From Nitrospiria bacterium (GTDB lineage: Bacteria; Nitrospirota; Nitrospiria; SBBL01; JAADHI01): a stretch of DNA of 64,000 bases. Within the stretch, counting starts at the first letter, position 1; each line of letters opens with the position of its first letter. The stretch is from positions 2,804-66,803 of the forward strand of contig CALZIJ010000005.1 in NCBI GenBank assembly GCA_945787655.1, read 5' to 3'. The translations under genes were made by a program, and so were the position numbers. Positions 27,521 to 36,006 of this stretch are shown here, one piece after another. The notes below the pieces were generated by a model. The model was not told where the DNA came from. It ran no database searches and worked only from the letters and a program-made list of their open reading frames with translations.

Positions 27521-28672
27521 ATGAAATTTTTTTGGCAAAAAAGGAAGAAGGGATCTTCAAATCGAGACGGGTTTGAAGGCACCACCCTGGGCAAAACCTC
27601 TCCTGGAATTCCGCCAGAGGAAGACGGTCCGGCGCAAGACAGTCATTTCCCAAATGCGGCTTCGCCATCTCCATTAGAACCCGCGGGACATCCCCTGGAG
27701 TCAAATGTAACAGAGAAGGGCACATCAACCGATCCGCCTGAAGTTCCTTTATCACATCAAATGGCAAATACAGGGGAGTCTGTGCGTGAAAAATGTTCTG
27801 TCTGCGATGACCCTGAAACCTTAAAAACACTTTTCTCTCAATTCCGCGGGAAAATCAATGGTCAGATTCATGCGGCCCAAGAACTCAGTGAAAAAGAAAC
27901 CTTGTCTATCGGGAAATGTATCGACGATATCGTCGTTCACGCGCGGGATTATATTCAGGAATCCAAGGATGTGTTCGAAAAAAATTTTTCGGACCAAAAC
28001 ACTGCACTTGAAGGCTATCTAAATTTTTCTAAAAACACATTGGGGAAACAAAGTGATACCGTCAAAACCGCCTTGACCTTGTCGGACGATATCTCGGAAG
28101 CGGGTGAGGCCGTTGACAGGCTGGCAGGAGAAGCCAAACTTCTGGCCTTAAATGCCACAATAGAAGCCGCCCGGCTTGGCGGGACTTCAGGAAACGCCTT
28201 TGGCGTCATCTCCGAAGAAATGAATCAGCTTAGCAATCAGATTGCATCCACCAACCGGATGATTGGAGAAACCATCCAGGCCATTCGGGAAAGTCTTCCG
28301 GCCCTCATGAAACAAACCAATGAGCAGAACGAAAAACTCGAAGAATTCATAGGTGCCATGCATCATCTGAAAAAAGTGATTGGGGAATCCATGTCAAACT
28401 CCGACGCTGCGGGAAATACCCATTTGGAAATGATTCTGAACCTGTCCTATTCCGCACTCTCCCATTTACAATTTCAAGACCCCATGATTCAAAACTTACA
28501 AAAAATTGACCACGTGATCAGAGATCTGCACAAAGATCTCGGCACTCGGCTTCATCTTGAAGGCACCGCAGAAAAATCTGAATTTTCACAACTCAGTGAC
28601 CAGCCTGAATTTAAATCCGAAAAGGACAAAAACACCTCAGGCCAAAACCCGGGAGAAGTCCTTCTTTTTTAA
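27521..28672 (+). CDS. Soluble protein with the MCP signalling hairpin-tip motif and a downstream CheZ-like FQDxxxQ motif; Pro/Ser-rich N-terminus
   Basis: EAKLLALNATIEAARLGG..GNAFGVISEEMNQLS matches the highly conserved MCP tip. No TM helix or HAMP is present. HLQFQDPMIQNLQKIDHVI resembles the CheZ active-site helix (D320/Q324). Confidence 0.7.
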   Translation: MKFFWQKRKKGSSNRDGFEGTTLGKTSPGIPPEEDGPAQDSHFPNAASPSPLEPAGHPLESNVTEKGTSTDPPEVPLSHQMANTGESVREKCSVCDDPETLKTLFSQFRGKINGQIHAAQELSEKETLSIGKCIDDIVVHARDYIQESKDVFEKNFSDQNTALEGYLNFSKNTLGKQSDTVKTALTLSDDISEAGEAVDRLAGEAKLLALNATIEAARLGGTSGNAFGVISEEMNQLSNQIASTNRMIGETIQAIRESLPALMKQTNEQNEKLEEFIGAMHHLKKVIGESMSNSDAAGNTHLEMILNLSYSALSHLQFQDPMIQNLQKIDHVIRDLHKDLGTRLHLEGTAEKSEFSQLSDQPEFKSEKDKNTSGQNPGEVLLF

Positions 28673-28899
28673 ATCCGGCTTTATTTTTTCCTTTTGATTC
28701 CACCTTCAAGGCCTGTGGAAACATCCCGCAAAACTCGACTGAACGCAAACCCCCTCCCGGCTGATAATGATTGATCCCTGAAACCCAATAATGCTATTTA
28801 TTTTAAGGTCTCTAAAAACCCGTTCACTCCGCCTTAAACGGCCCTTCTTAATATTGGATTGAACCCGGGTAAACACAGACCTCATTATCGGAGGAATCA

Positions 28900-29142
28900 A
28901 TGCATCCCAAATTAATTCTGAGTTTAACGCTTGCCGGTTTACTCGTCGTGTTCATTATTCAAAATGTCGCGGTGGTAGAAATTCGTTTTCTTTTTTGGAC
29001 AATGTCCATGTCCAGGGCCCTGATGATGTTTTTTCTCATCGCGATTGGCATTGTGATTGGCTGGAGTCTGCACAGTATTAAAACCCATAAAAACCACCGT
29101 GCGGATCCAAAAGTCAGCTCAGCCAAAAAAGAACAACTATAA
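28900..29142 (+). CDS. Small inner-membrane protein, LapA-domain (DUF1049)-like
   Basis: The 80-aa protein has two TM helices in the pattern ..FIIQN...V.I.F.FW.. that I associate with LapA/DUF1049. An SD (GGAGG) lies 6 nt upstream. Confidence 0.55.
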   Translation: MHPKLILSLTLAGLLVVFIIQNVAVVEIRFLFWTMSMSRALMMFFLIAIGIVIGWSLHSIKTHKNHRADPKVSSAKKEQL

Positions 29143-29157
29143 CCCGGTCACATTTTC

Positions 29158-30639
29158 ATGCCCAAGCCCCGACAGAACCCGCCATCCGTATTGGGTTTTA
29201 ATCCAGACCCTCCTTTATTTCTCACCATCGATCAGGGCGGGCACGCGAGCCGGGCGCTCATTTTTGATACGGAGGGCACCTTGTTCGCCCGGTCTCATCA
29301 CAAGCTTCAAACACACTCTCCTCAACCCGGCTGGGTAGAACATAATGCCGAAGCCCTGGTCTCTTCTGTCAAAACCGCCATAGAAGACGCTGTTTTACAA
29401 TTAAGCCCGGTAGACCGAAAACGGATCACCGCCGCGGGACTCGCCACGCAGCGCAGTACCATTGCATGCTGGCACCGTAAAACCACCAAAGCATTATCCA
29501 GTATAATCAGCTGGCAAGACCGGCGTTCAGCCGAATGGATGAATCTGTTTCAAAAAGAGCGCTCCAATATCCATCAACGCACGGGATTGTTCCCCTCTCC
29601 CCATTACGGTGCAGGCAAGCTCCGCTGGTGCCTCGATCACCTTCCCGATGTTCAGGCCGCACTCAAAGAAAACCGGCTCGCCTTCGGCCCATTGTCCAGT
29701 TTCCTTATTTCACGATTGACGCAGGAAAGCCGATTTCTGGTCGACCCGGCCAATGCTTCGCGGACTCTGTTATGGAATATTCATACGAAACAATGGGACG
29801 ATACCCTGTTGGACGCTTTTAATCTCCCTTTGTGCGCGCTGCCTGAAACGGTTCCTTCCCGATATCCTTTTGGGCACATTCCTGTTGCCGGTCAGCAAAT
29901 CCCGCTTTTAGTCGTGACCGGTGACCAATCGGCTGTCCTGTTTCAACAAGGATGGCCTAATACCGACCACACTTTTATCAATATCGGAACCGGCGCATTC
30001 ATTCAAAATCTCCAAAGCCATCCGACCCAGCTTACAAATCAGCTGCTTAACAGCATTGTTTTTGTTGATTCCACCCAGTCTTTTTTTGCACTCGAAGGCA
30101 CAGTGAACGGTGCAGGTTCTGCGGTATCCTGGTTTTCCGATCAATACAAGATTGACAACCTGTTTGAAAAAGCAGATGACTGGCTTACACAGACCCAAAA
30201 CCCGCTCCTTTTTTTTAATGCCGTTGGCGGGATCGGCTCCCCATTCTGGTCTCCAAATCAGGAGCCGTATTTCATTGGGCAAGGAAGTATTCCCGAACGG
30301 TTTACCGCAGTGATCGAAAGCATCTTGTTTTTAATTCAGAGTAATCTCGACGAAATGAACAACATCAATCATCCGACAGGATCCCTCATCGTCAGCGGCG
30401 GAATATCAAGACTTGATGGTGCCTGCCAGCGCCTTTCGGATCTCTCAGGGCAGTGCCTCATGCGTCCGAAAATACATGAGGCTACCGCCCGCGGCCTCTT
30501 ATTCCTGCTTTCTCAAAACGAAAGACCAAGTCCACCGGATCATCCACCGATAAAGTTCTCTCCAAAAAATAACACCGAAATCCAAAATCGCTATAAAACC
30601 TGGAAAGGCCTCATGAAAAAGGTTCTGCACCAAAAATAA
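29158..30639 (+). CDS. FGGY-family carbohydrate kinase, glycerol-kinase-like
   Basis: The N-terminus LTIDQGGHASRALIFD ... PQPGWVEHNAEAL parallels glycerol kinase (IDQGTTSSR ... GWVEHDP). Size (493 aa) and C-terminal GG.S motifs fit the FGGY family. Confidence 0.72.
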   Translation: MPKPRQNPPSVLGFNPDPPLFLTIDQGGHASRALIFDTEGTLFARSHHKLQTHSPQPGWVEHNAEALVSSVKTAIEDAVLQLSPVDRKRITAAGLATQRSTIACWHRKTTKALSSIISWQDRRSAEWMNLFQKERSNIHQRTGLFPSPHYGAGKLRWCLDHLPDVQAALKENRLAFGPLSSFLISRLTQESRFLVDPANASRTLLWNIHTKQWDDTLLDAFNLPLCALPETVPSRYPFGHIPVAGQQIPLLVVTGDQSAVLFQQGWPNTDHTFINIGTGAFIQNLQSHPTQLTNQLLNSIVFVDSTQSFFALEGTVNGAGSAVSWFSDQYKIDNLFEKADDWLTQTQNPLLFFNAVGGIGSPFWSPNQEPYFIGQGSIPERFTAVIESILFLIQSNLDEMNNINHPTGSLIVSGGISRLDGACQRLSDLSGQCLMRPKIHEATARGLLFLLSQNERPSPPDHPPIKFSPKNNTEIQNRYKTWKGLMKKVLHQK

Positions 30640-30683
30640 AACCGGGGTAAACTATAATTAAATATCATTCGGGATAGACAAAA

Positions 30684-31442
30684 ATGAGTACACCGCAGCT
30701 CGTTGCACACCGGGGATATGCTGCTTCTTACCCGGAAAATACCGAACTTTCATTGGCGAAGGCGATCGAACACGGTGCCTGTTTTGTTGAGTGTGACATC
30801 CAGCTTTCCTCCGATGGGGTTCCGGTCCTTTTTCATGACGCTGCCATGGAACGCACCACAGGGCTCAAACACAACCTGCTCACCTGTCCTTATGAAACCC
30901 TAAAAAAAACAGAAGCCTGTGAGCCCGCAAGATTTGGTGATCGTTTTGTCGGGAAAGGAGTCGTCATCCCGCACCTTTCAGTGTTGGCAGACCTTTTAAA
31001 AAAAGCCCCACGGGTCTCTGCTTTTGTCGAACTCAAGGATGAAAGTCTTCAAAAACATGGGCTTGAAACCATGCTCAATGCCGTGCTTTCAGTGCTTCAA
31101 CCTGTGTTAAAACAGTGCTGTATGATCGCGTATGACGCAGAAGTCATTCGAGCGGTCAAAAAAAGGAACCGATCCCGAAGCGGATGGATTCTGAAATCCT
31201 GGTCAGAAGCCAGTCATCAGGAGGCAAAAGCCTTGTCTCCGGACTTTCTTATTTGCAATCACACAAAAATTCCATCGGATTTAACGCCGCTTTGGGCCGG
31301 GCCCTGGCAATGGTGTTTTTATGAAATTACTGATCCGGATCTGGCGCTGTTGCTTCATTCACGCGGCGCGGGTTTGATCGAAACCATGGATATTGAAAAA
31401 ATGCTCAGTGATCCGCGCCTCAGAACGGGAGGGTGTTTTTGA
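30684..31442 (+). CDS. ugpQ: Glycerophosphodiester phosphodiesterase (GDPD family)
   Basis: GDPD catalytic motifs are present in the stretch VAHRGYAASYPENT ... ECDIQLSSDGVPVLFHD. Confidence 0.85.
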   Translation: MSTPQLVAHRGYAASYPENTELSLAKAIEHGACFVECDIQLSSDGVPVLFHDAAMERTTGLKHNLLTCPYETLKKTEACEPARFGDRFVGKGVVIPHLSVLADLLKKAPRVSAFVELKDESLQKHGLETMLNAVLSVLQPVLKQCCMIAYDAEVIRAVKKRNRSRSGWILKSWSEASHQEAKALSPDFLICNHTKIPSDLTPLWAGPWQWCFYEITDPDLALLLHSRGAGLIETMDIEKMLSDPRLRTGGCF

Positions 31443-32650
31443 CCGGAACCCATTTTGATATGGTCGTGGTCGGGGGCGGAATACACGGCGCAGGGGTTGC
31501 GCAAGCCGCTGCCGCACGCGGCTTCAACGTTCTCGTATTGGAGCAACACGATATTGGAAGCGGCACTTCCAGCCGATCCAGCAAACTCATTCACGGCGGA
31601 CTGCGCTACCTCGAAACGGGGCAGCTCCCCCTCGTTTATGAATCCTTACGCGAGCGGGAATGGCTCATCAGAAATGCACCGACCCTTGTGCGCCGCGTTC
31701 CATTTTATTTGCCCGTGTTTCAAAAAGCCAAACGAAGCCCGCTTAAAATTCGGCTGGGGCTTTCTCTCTATGCTTTTCTGGGTGGCTTTGGTGAAGGTCT
31801 CGGCTTTCGAAAAGTGCCCACATCAGAATGGGATACACTGGACGGGATGGACACAAACGGGCTTTTAGCCGTGTTTCAATATTGGGATGCGCAAACAGAC
31901 GATCAATGTCTGACTCAGGCGGTCATGCATTCCGCCCAAACCCTGGGGGCCAAACTGGCCCTGCCTGCCATACTCACTTCTGCGACCAAAAAAGAATCCC
32001 GTTATCATATTCACTATAAACAAGACGGCACACTGCGACAGTGCACCGCGGATACCCTCGTCAATGCCGCAGGCCCCTGGGTCAATGGTGTTTTGGATTG
32101 TGTCTCTCCCCCGCTTCAAAAAATCGAAACGGAATGGGTTCAAGGGACGCATATTCTGATTGACACACACATTCAACAGGGGATTTATTATCTGGAAGCG
32201 CCACAAGACCAGCGTCCCGTATTTGTAATGCCCTGGAAAGGACAGATGATGGTGGGCACTACTGAAACCGTGTTTAAGGGAAACCCCTCAGAGGTGGCCC
32301 CGTTAAAAAGTGAAAAAATATATCTGCTCGAAACCCTTTCGACCTATTTCCCGCACTTTAAATCCTTTCAATTATCGGACATACAATCCGCATTTGCGGG
32401 CTTGCGTGTCTTGCCCAAATCCAGTCAGGGTCTGGGGCATCGTCCACGAGAAACCCGTTTTGTCCTCGATGATCCGAAACAACCCCGCTGTCTGAGTATT
32501 TACGGAGGAAAACTGACGACCTTTCGAGCAACAGCTCAGAAAGTGTTGTCTCACTTATCCGAAAGTTTACCCAAAAGAACGATGAAAGCCGATCTGGAAA
32601 CGATGTCTCTGGGAAACACACCCGGCCATCTCCCGAAAAAAGATACCTGA
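31433..32650 (+). CDS. glpD: FAD-dependent glycerol-3-phosphate dehydrogenase/oxidase
   Basis: DMVVVGGGIHGAG gives the FAD fold. GTSSRSSKLIHGGLRYLE is the GlpD/GlpA signature. Confidence 0.85.
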   Translation: MFLTGTHFDMVVVGGGIHGAGVAQAAAARGFNVLVLEQHDIGSGTSSRSSKLIHGGLRYLETGQLPLVYESLREREWLIRNAPTLVRRVPFYLPVFQKAKRSPLKIRLGLSLYAFLGGFGEGLGFRKVPTSEWDTLDGMDTNGLLAVFQYWDAQTDDQCLTQAVMHSAQTLGAKLALPAILTSATKKESRYHIHYKQDGTLRQCTADTLVNAAGPWVNGVLDCVSPPLQKIETEWVQGTHILIDTHIQQGIYYLEAPQDQRPVFVMPWKGQMMVGTTETVFKGNPSEVAPLKSEKIYLLETLSTYFPHFKSFQLSDIQSAFAGLRVLPKSSQGLGHRPRETRFVLDDPKQPRCLSIYGGKLTTFRATAQKVLSHLSESLPKRTMKADLETMSLGNTPGHLPKKDT

Positions 32651-32714
32651 CTGAGCGTAACCGCTTCTGTTCCTCTGGTCATATAATCAGGGTTTGGACC
32701 GGCGTGACGAACCG

Positions 32715-33869
32715 TCACGATTTTTTCCCCAAAAGCCCCTGGGGACGAAAAACCATCATAATCACAAGGGCCATACCGAAAATCAACATGCGGTAATTTG
32801 CAAGTCCTCGCAGCATTTCAGGCAGAGTGGTCAGTAAGAATGCGCCCAAAACAGCGCCGGGCAAACTGCCCATACCGCCCAACACCACCATTGAAAGAAT
32901 GCGGACCGATTCCAAGAAGGTTAAACTTACAGGAGAGATAAACGTGTACCGTGCTGCGAAAAAAACACCAGCCACACCCGCCACACCGGCGCCGAGAACA
33001 AAGGCCAAAATTTTAACGCGGGTTGTGTCAATGCCCATCGCCTCGGCCGCCACTTCATCTTCCCGAATGGCAATCCATGCACGCCCGATTTGAGAATGTA
33101 ATAAACGGTGAACCGCTATGATGGTCAAAATCAGAAAAAACAGCGCCAAATAATAAAAATGAAAGGGGGTTCGAAAAACAAAACTGCCCAGCATCGGCCG
33201 CCCGATTTGCATAATTCCATTCGGACCCTGCGTCACAGAATCCCAGTTATTGAGGCAAAGGTAAATAATCTGTACAAAACCGAGTGTAATAATGGCCAGA
33301 TAATCGCCTCGAAGTCTCAGTGTAATAATCCCCAAAATCAAACCAAAAAAGGCCGCAGACAACGCCCCCAAGGGAATGCCCAACCAGAATGAAAGTCCGA
33401 TGCTGGTCGAAAGCAGGGCATACGTGTAAGCGCCCACACCATAAAATGCGGCGTAACCCAAATCAAGAAGCCCCGTATAACCCACCGTGATATTCAAGCC
33501 CACGGCCAGGAGCGCATAAAGGACCGCCAAATTTAAGATATCCAGAAAATAATTGTTGAGAAAAAACGGGAGAATCAGAATCAGGAAACCAGACACGACA
33601 TAAAACCCGATTTTTATACGCAGTCCCGCCATACTTTTCCGCCAACGGTCGCTATAAAAAGGGACTGTTTTAAAAACTGACTGAAGCTTAACATGCGGCC
33701 AAAACCGGATGATGAAATGACTAAAAAAGGCTGCACCCATCATTGTCAGCGCGAGCTGTCCGGCATTTTTCCAGCCCATCAAAGGCCATGCGAGCAAACC
33801 CAGCCAAAGTGGAAAATAAAATACCCATTGACGTTGATTTTTAACAAACCCGGCCCGCTCTTTTCTCAT
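32715..33869 (-). CDS. livM: Branched-chain amino acid ABC transporter permease (LivM-type) with an N-terminal extension
   Basis: The LivM-typical core is present (LNITVGYTGLLDLGYAAFYGVGAY, IITLRLRGDYLAIITLGF). The gene overlaps the livH stop (ATGA-type coupling). Confidence 0.85.
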   Translation of the reverse strand: MRKERAGFVKNQRQWVFYFPLWLGLLAWPLMGWKNAGQLALTMMGAAFFSHFIIRFWPHVKLQSVFKTVPFYSDRWRKSMAGLRIKIGFYVVSGFLILILPFFLNNYFLDILNLAVLYALLAVGLNITVGYTGLLDLGYAAFYGVGAYTYALLSTSIGLSFWLGIPLGALSAAFFGLILGIITLRLRGDYLAIITLGFVQIIYLCLNNWDSVTQGPNGIMQIGRPMLGSFVFRTPFHFYYLALFFLILTIIAVHRLLHSQIGRAWIAIREDEVAAEAMGIDTTRVKILAFVLGAGVAGVAGVFFAARYTFISPVSLTFLESVRILSMVVLGGMGSLPGAVLGAFLLTTLPEMLRGLANYRMLIFGMALVIMMVFRPQGLLGKKS

Positions 33870-34768
33870 ACCCGGTCGCCTCCTTTTTCACCCAATAAAC
33901 CGGTTGGCCGAAAAATCAGCACCAAGATCAGGATTAAAAATGCAAAACCATCCTTAAACTCGGTAGAAATATAAGCGGACCCCAAGCTTTCCACCATGCC
34001 CAAAACCAATCCACCCAGCATGGCGCCCGGAATGTTGCCGATGCCGCCCAGTACGGCGGCAGTGAAGGCCTTAATCCCCGCGACATAACCAATATAAAAG
34101 TTTACAACCCCGTAATATATCGACACCATCACACCCGCCGCCGCAGCCAAAACAGAGCCAATGATGAATGTGATGGCAATGATCCGATCAATGGGAATAC
34201 CGCAGAGGGTCGCCATGACCCTATCCTGGGATGTCGCCCGCATCGCTTTGCCCAAACGAGTCTTGCGAATGAAAAAATGAAGTGCCGTCATCAATAAAAA
34301 AGAAGCGGAGATGATAAACGCCTGAATTTTACTCATGGGAAATCCCCCGGATTCAATGGGTTCCGGTGAAAGAATATGGGGGAACACCTTGTCCGCCGAC
34401 CCTTGGGCCAGCATCACATAATTTTGCAAAAAAATGGACATGCCAATGGCGGAAATTAAGGGAGAGAGCCGGTGTGCAGACCTTAAAGGGCGATATGCAA
34501 CCCGCTCCAAAGTCACTCCATACCCTGCGCAGGTCAACGCAGAAAAAACAAATACCAGAAAAAGGGAGAGAAAAAGATGCGACTCGGTCAGGCCCAAGGC
34601 CGTAAATAGGGCGAGATACACGATGCCCAGATATGCCCCGATCATGTAGATCTCCCCATGAGCGAAATTAATCAGACCCAGTATCCCGTATACCATGGTG
34701 TATCCCAAAGCGACAAGCGCATAAACACTTCCCAGCGTCAATCCGTTGATTAATTGTTGTAAAAACAA
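33866..34768 (-). CDS. livH: Branched-chain amino acid ABC transporter permease (LivH-type); start taken at the TTG at 34768
   Basis: FLQQLINGLTLGSVYALVALGYTMVYG is a canonical LivH N-terminus. AAGAGG lies just upstream of the TTG. The ORF-track start at 34858 adds an implausible 30-aa leader. Confidence 0.85.
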   Translation of the reverse strand: MFLQQLINGLTLGSVYALVALGYTMVYGILGLINFAHGEIYMIGAYLGIVYLALFTALGLTESHLFLSLFLVFVFSALTCAGYGVTLERVAYRPLRSAHRLSPLISAIGMSIFLQNYVMLAQGSADKVFPHILSPEPIESGGFPMSKIQAFIISASFLLMTALHFFIRKTRLGKAMRATSQDRVMATLCGIPIDRIIAITFIIGSVLAAAAGVMVSIYYGVVNFYIGYVAGIKAFTAAVLGGIGNIPGAMLGGLVLGMVESLGSAYISTEFKDGFAFLILILVLIFRPTGLLGEKGGDRV

Positions 34769-34986
34769 AGTGCCTCTTATTCTTCGATAAAACGGGGACA
34801 ACGTAAAACCTGGCGAACAATGCCCCCGTTTTATAAGCAGAAGGCTCTGCCGTGTCAAGTCATGTGCCGAGAATACAACGCAATCATTTTCCCAAAAAGG
34901 AATATCAGGCTATTGACCTCCGGGTGCTCAGGTGCTAAGGTAATTTTTCGGGCTTTAATTATTCTATTCTCCAGAGGACAACGTTT

Positions 34987-36006
34987 ATGTCTTGGGAACC
35001 ACGCGGCCCCGGTGATATGGAGGACCCCATTGCAAAGGTCCTTGAAGAATTTCAAAAATTTTTAAAACAACGCCCAGGCGGATCCTTATTCAAGGGATGG
35101 AAAATTGTAGCGGCGCTTATTCTCGCTGCCTTCCTGCTTTGGAAAGGGTTTTACATTGTTGCGCCCGATGAACAGGGCATTGTATTGCGGTTCGGCGACA
35201 TGGTACGCATAACCACCCCCGGGCCCCACCTGAAGATTCCTGTCATTGAAGAAGTGCTACTGCCCAAGGTCACCAAACTACACCGTATTGAAATCGGATT
35301 TGTCACACTCAGGGGCGGAACAACCCGTGTTGTTCCCGAAGAAGCCTTGATGGTGACTGGTGATGAAAACATTGTCGGCATTCAAATGATTGTGCAATTT
35401 CGGATTAAAGATGCGCAGGAATTTCTCTTTAAAGTGGCGGATATCGCCTCCACCATCAAGTCCAGCGCAGAAGCGTCCATCCGCCAAATTATCGGACAAA
35501 GTAAAATAGACGAAGCCCTGACTGTCGGAAAAGCCAGACTCCAGCAAGAAACCCAGGATTTACTTCAAGGGATTCTCGATGAATATTCGGCCGGAGTCCA
35601 AATCACCGCCGTACAACTCCAGGATGTGAATCCCCCGGAGGCTGTCGCTGCCGCCTTTAAAGATGTCGCCAGCGCAAAAGAAGACAAAGAAAAACTGATT
35701 AATGAGTCTCATGGCTATCGCAATGACATTATGCCCAAAGCCAAAGGGCAGGCCGCTCAAATTCTGAACGAGGCACAAGCTTACGCCGAAGCCCGTGTGC
35801 AACGAGCAGAGGGGGAGGCCAACCGCTTTTTAGCCACACTCAAGGAATATAAGCAGTCTGAAACCATTATTCGCAAACGAATTTATATCGAGACGATGGC
35901 GGAAATCATGCCGGAGATTGAAAAAATCATTATCGATCAAAAGATCAGTGGGAAAGTCCTCCCGTTTCTGTCTTTAGGAGAAACACTGAAGGGAGGAAAA
36001 CCATGA
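34987..36006 (+). CDS. hflK: FtsH protease modulator HflK (SPFH/band 7)
   Basis: The gene order is N-terminal TM anchor, SPFH domain, then coiled coil (AYAEARVQRAEGEANRF). It is followed by and overlaps hflC. Confidence 0.9.
   Translation: MSWEPRGPGDMEDPIAKVLEEFQKFLKQRPGGSLFKGWKIVAALILAAFLLWKGFYIVAPDEQGIVLRFGDMVRITTPGPHLKIPVIEEVLLPKVTKLHRIEIGFVTLRGGTTRVVPEEALMVTGDENIVGIQMIVQFRIKDAQEFLFKVADIASTIKSSAEASIRQIIGQSKIDEALTVGKARLQQETQDLLQGILDEYSAGVQITAVQLQDVNPPEAVAAAFKDVASAKEDKEKLINESHGYRNDIMPKAKGQAAQILNEAQAYAEARVQRAEGEANRFLATLKEYKQSETIIRKRIYIETMAEIMPEIEKIIIDQKISGKVLPFLSLGETLKGGKP

Noticed and set aside
28706-28900. A 64-aa minus-strand ORF in the 228-bp gap between the MCP-tip gene and the LapA-like gene.
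   Set aside because: It has no SD and no recognisable motif, and it overlaps the SD and start of the + strand gene. It is most likely non-coding spacer. I also saw no convincing terminator hairpin or riboswitch-like structure there.
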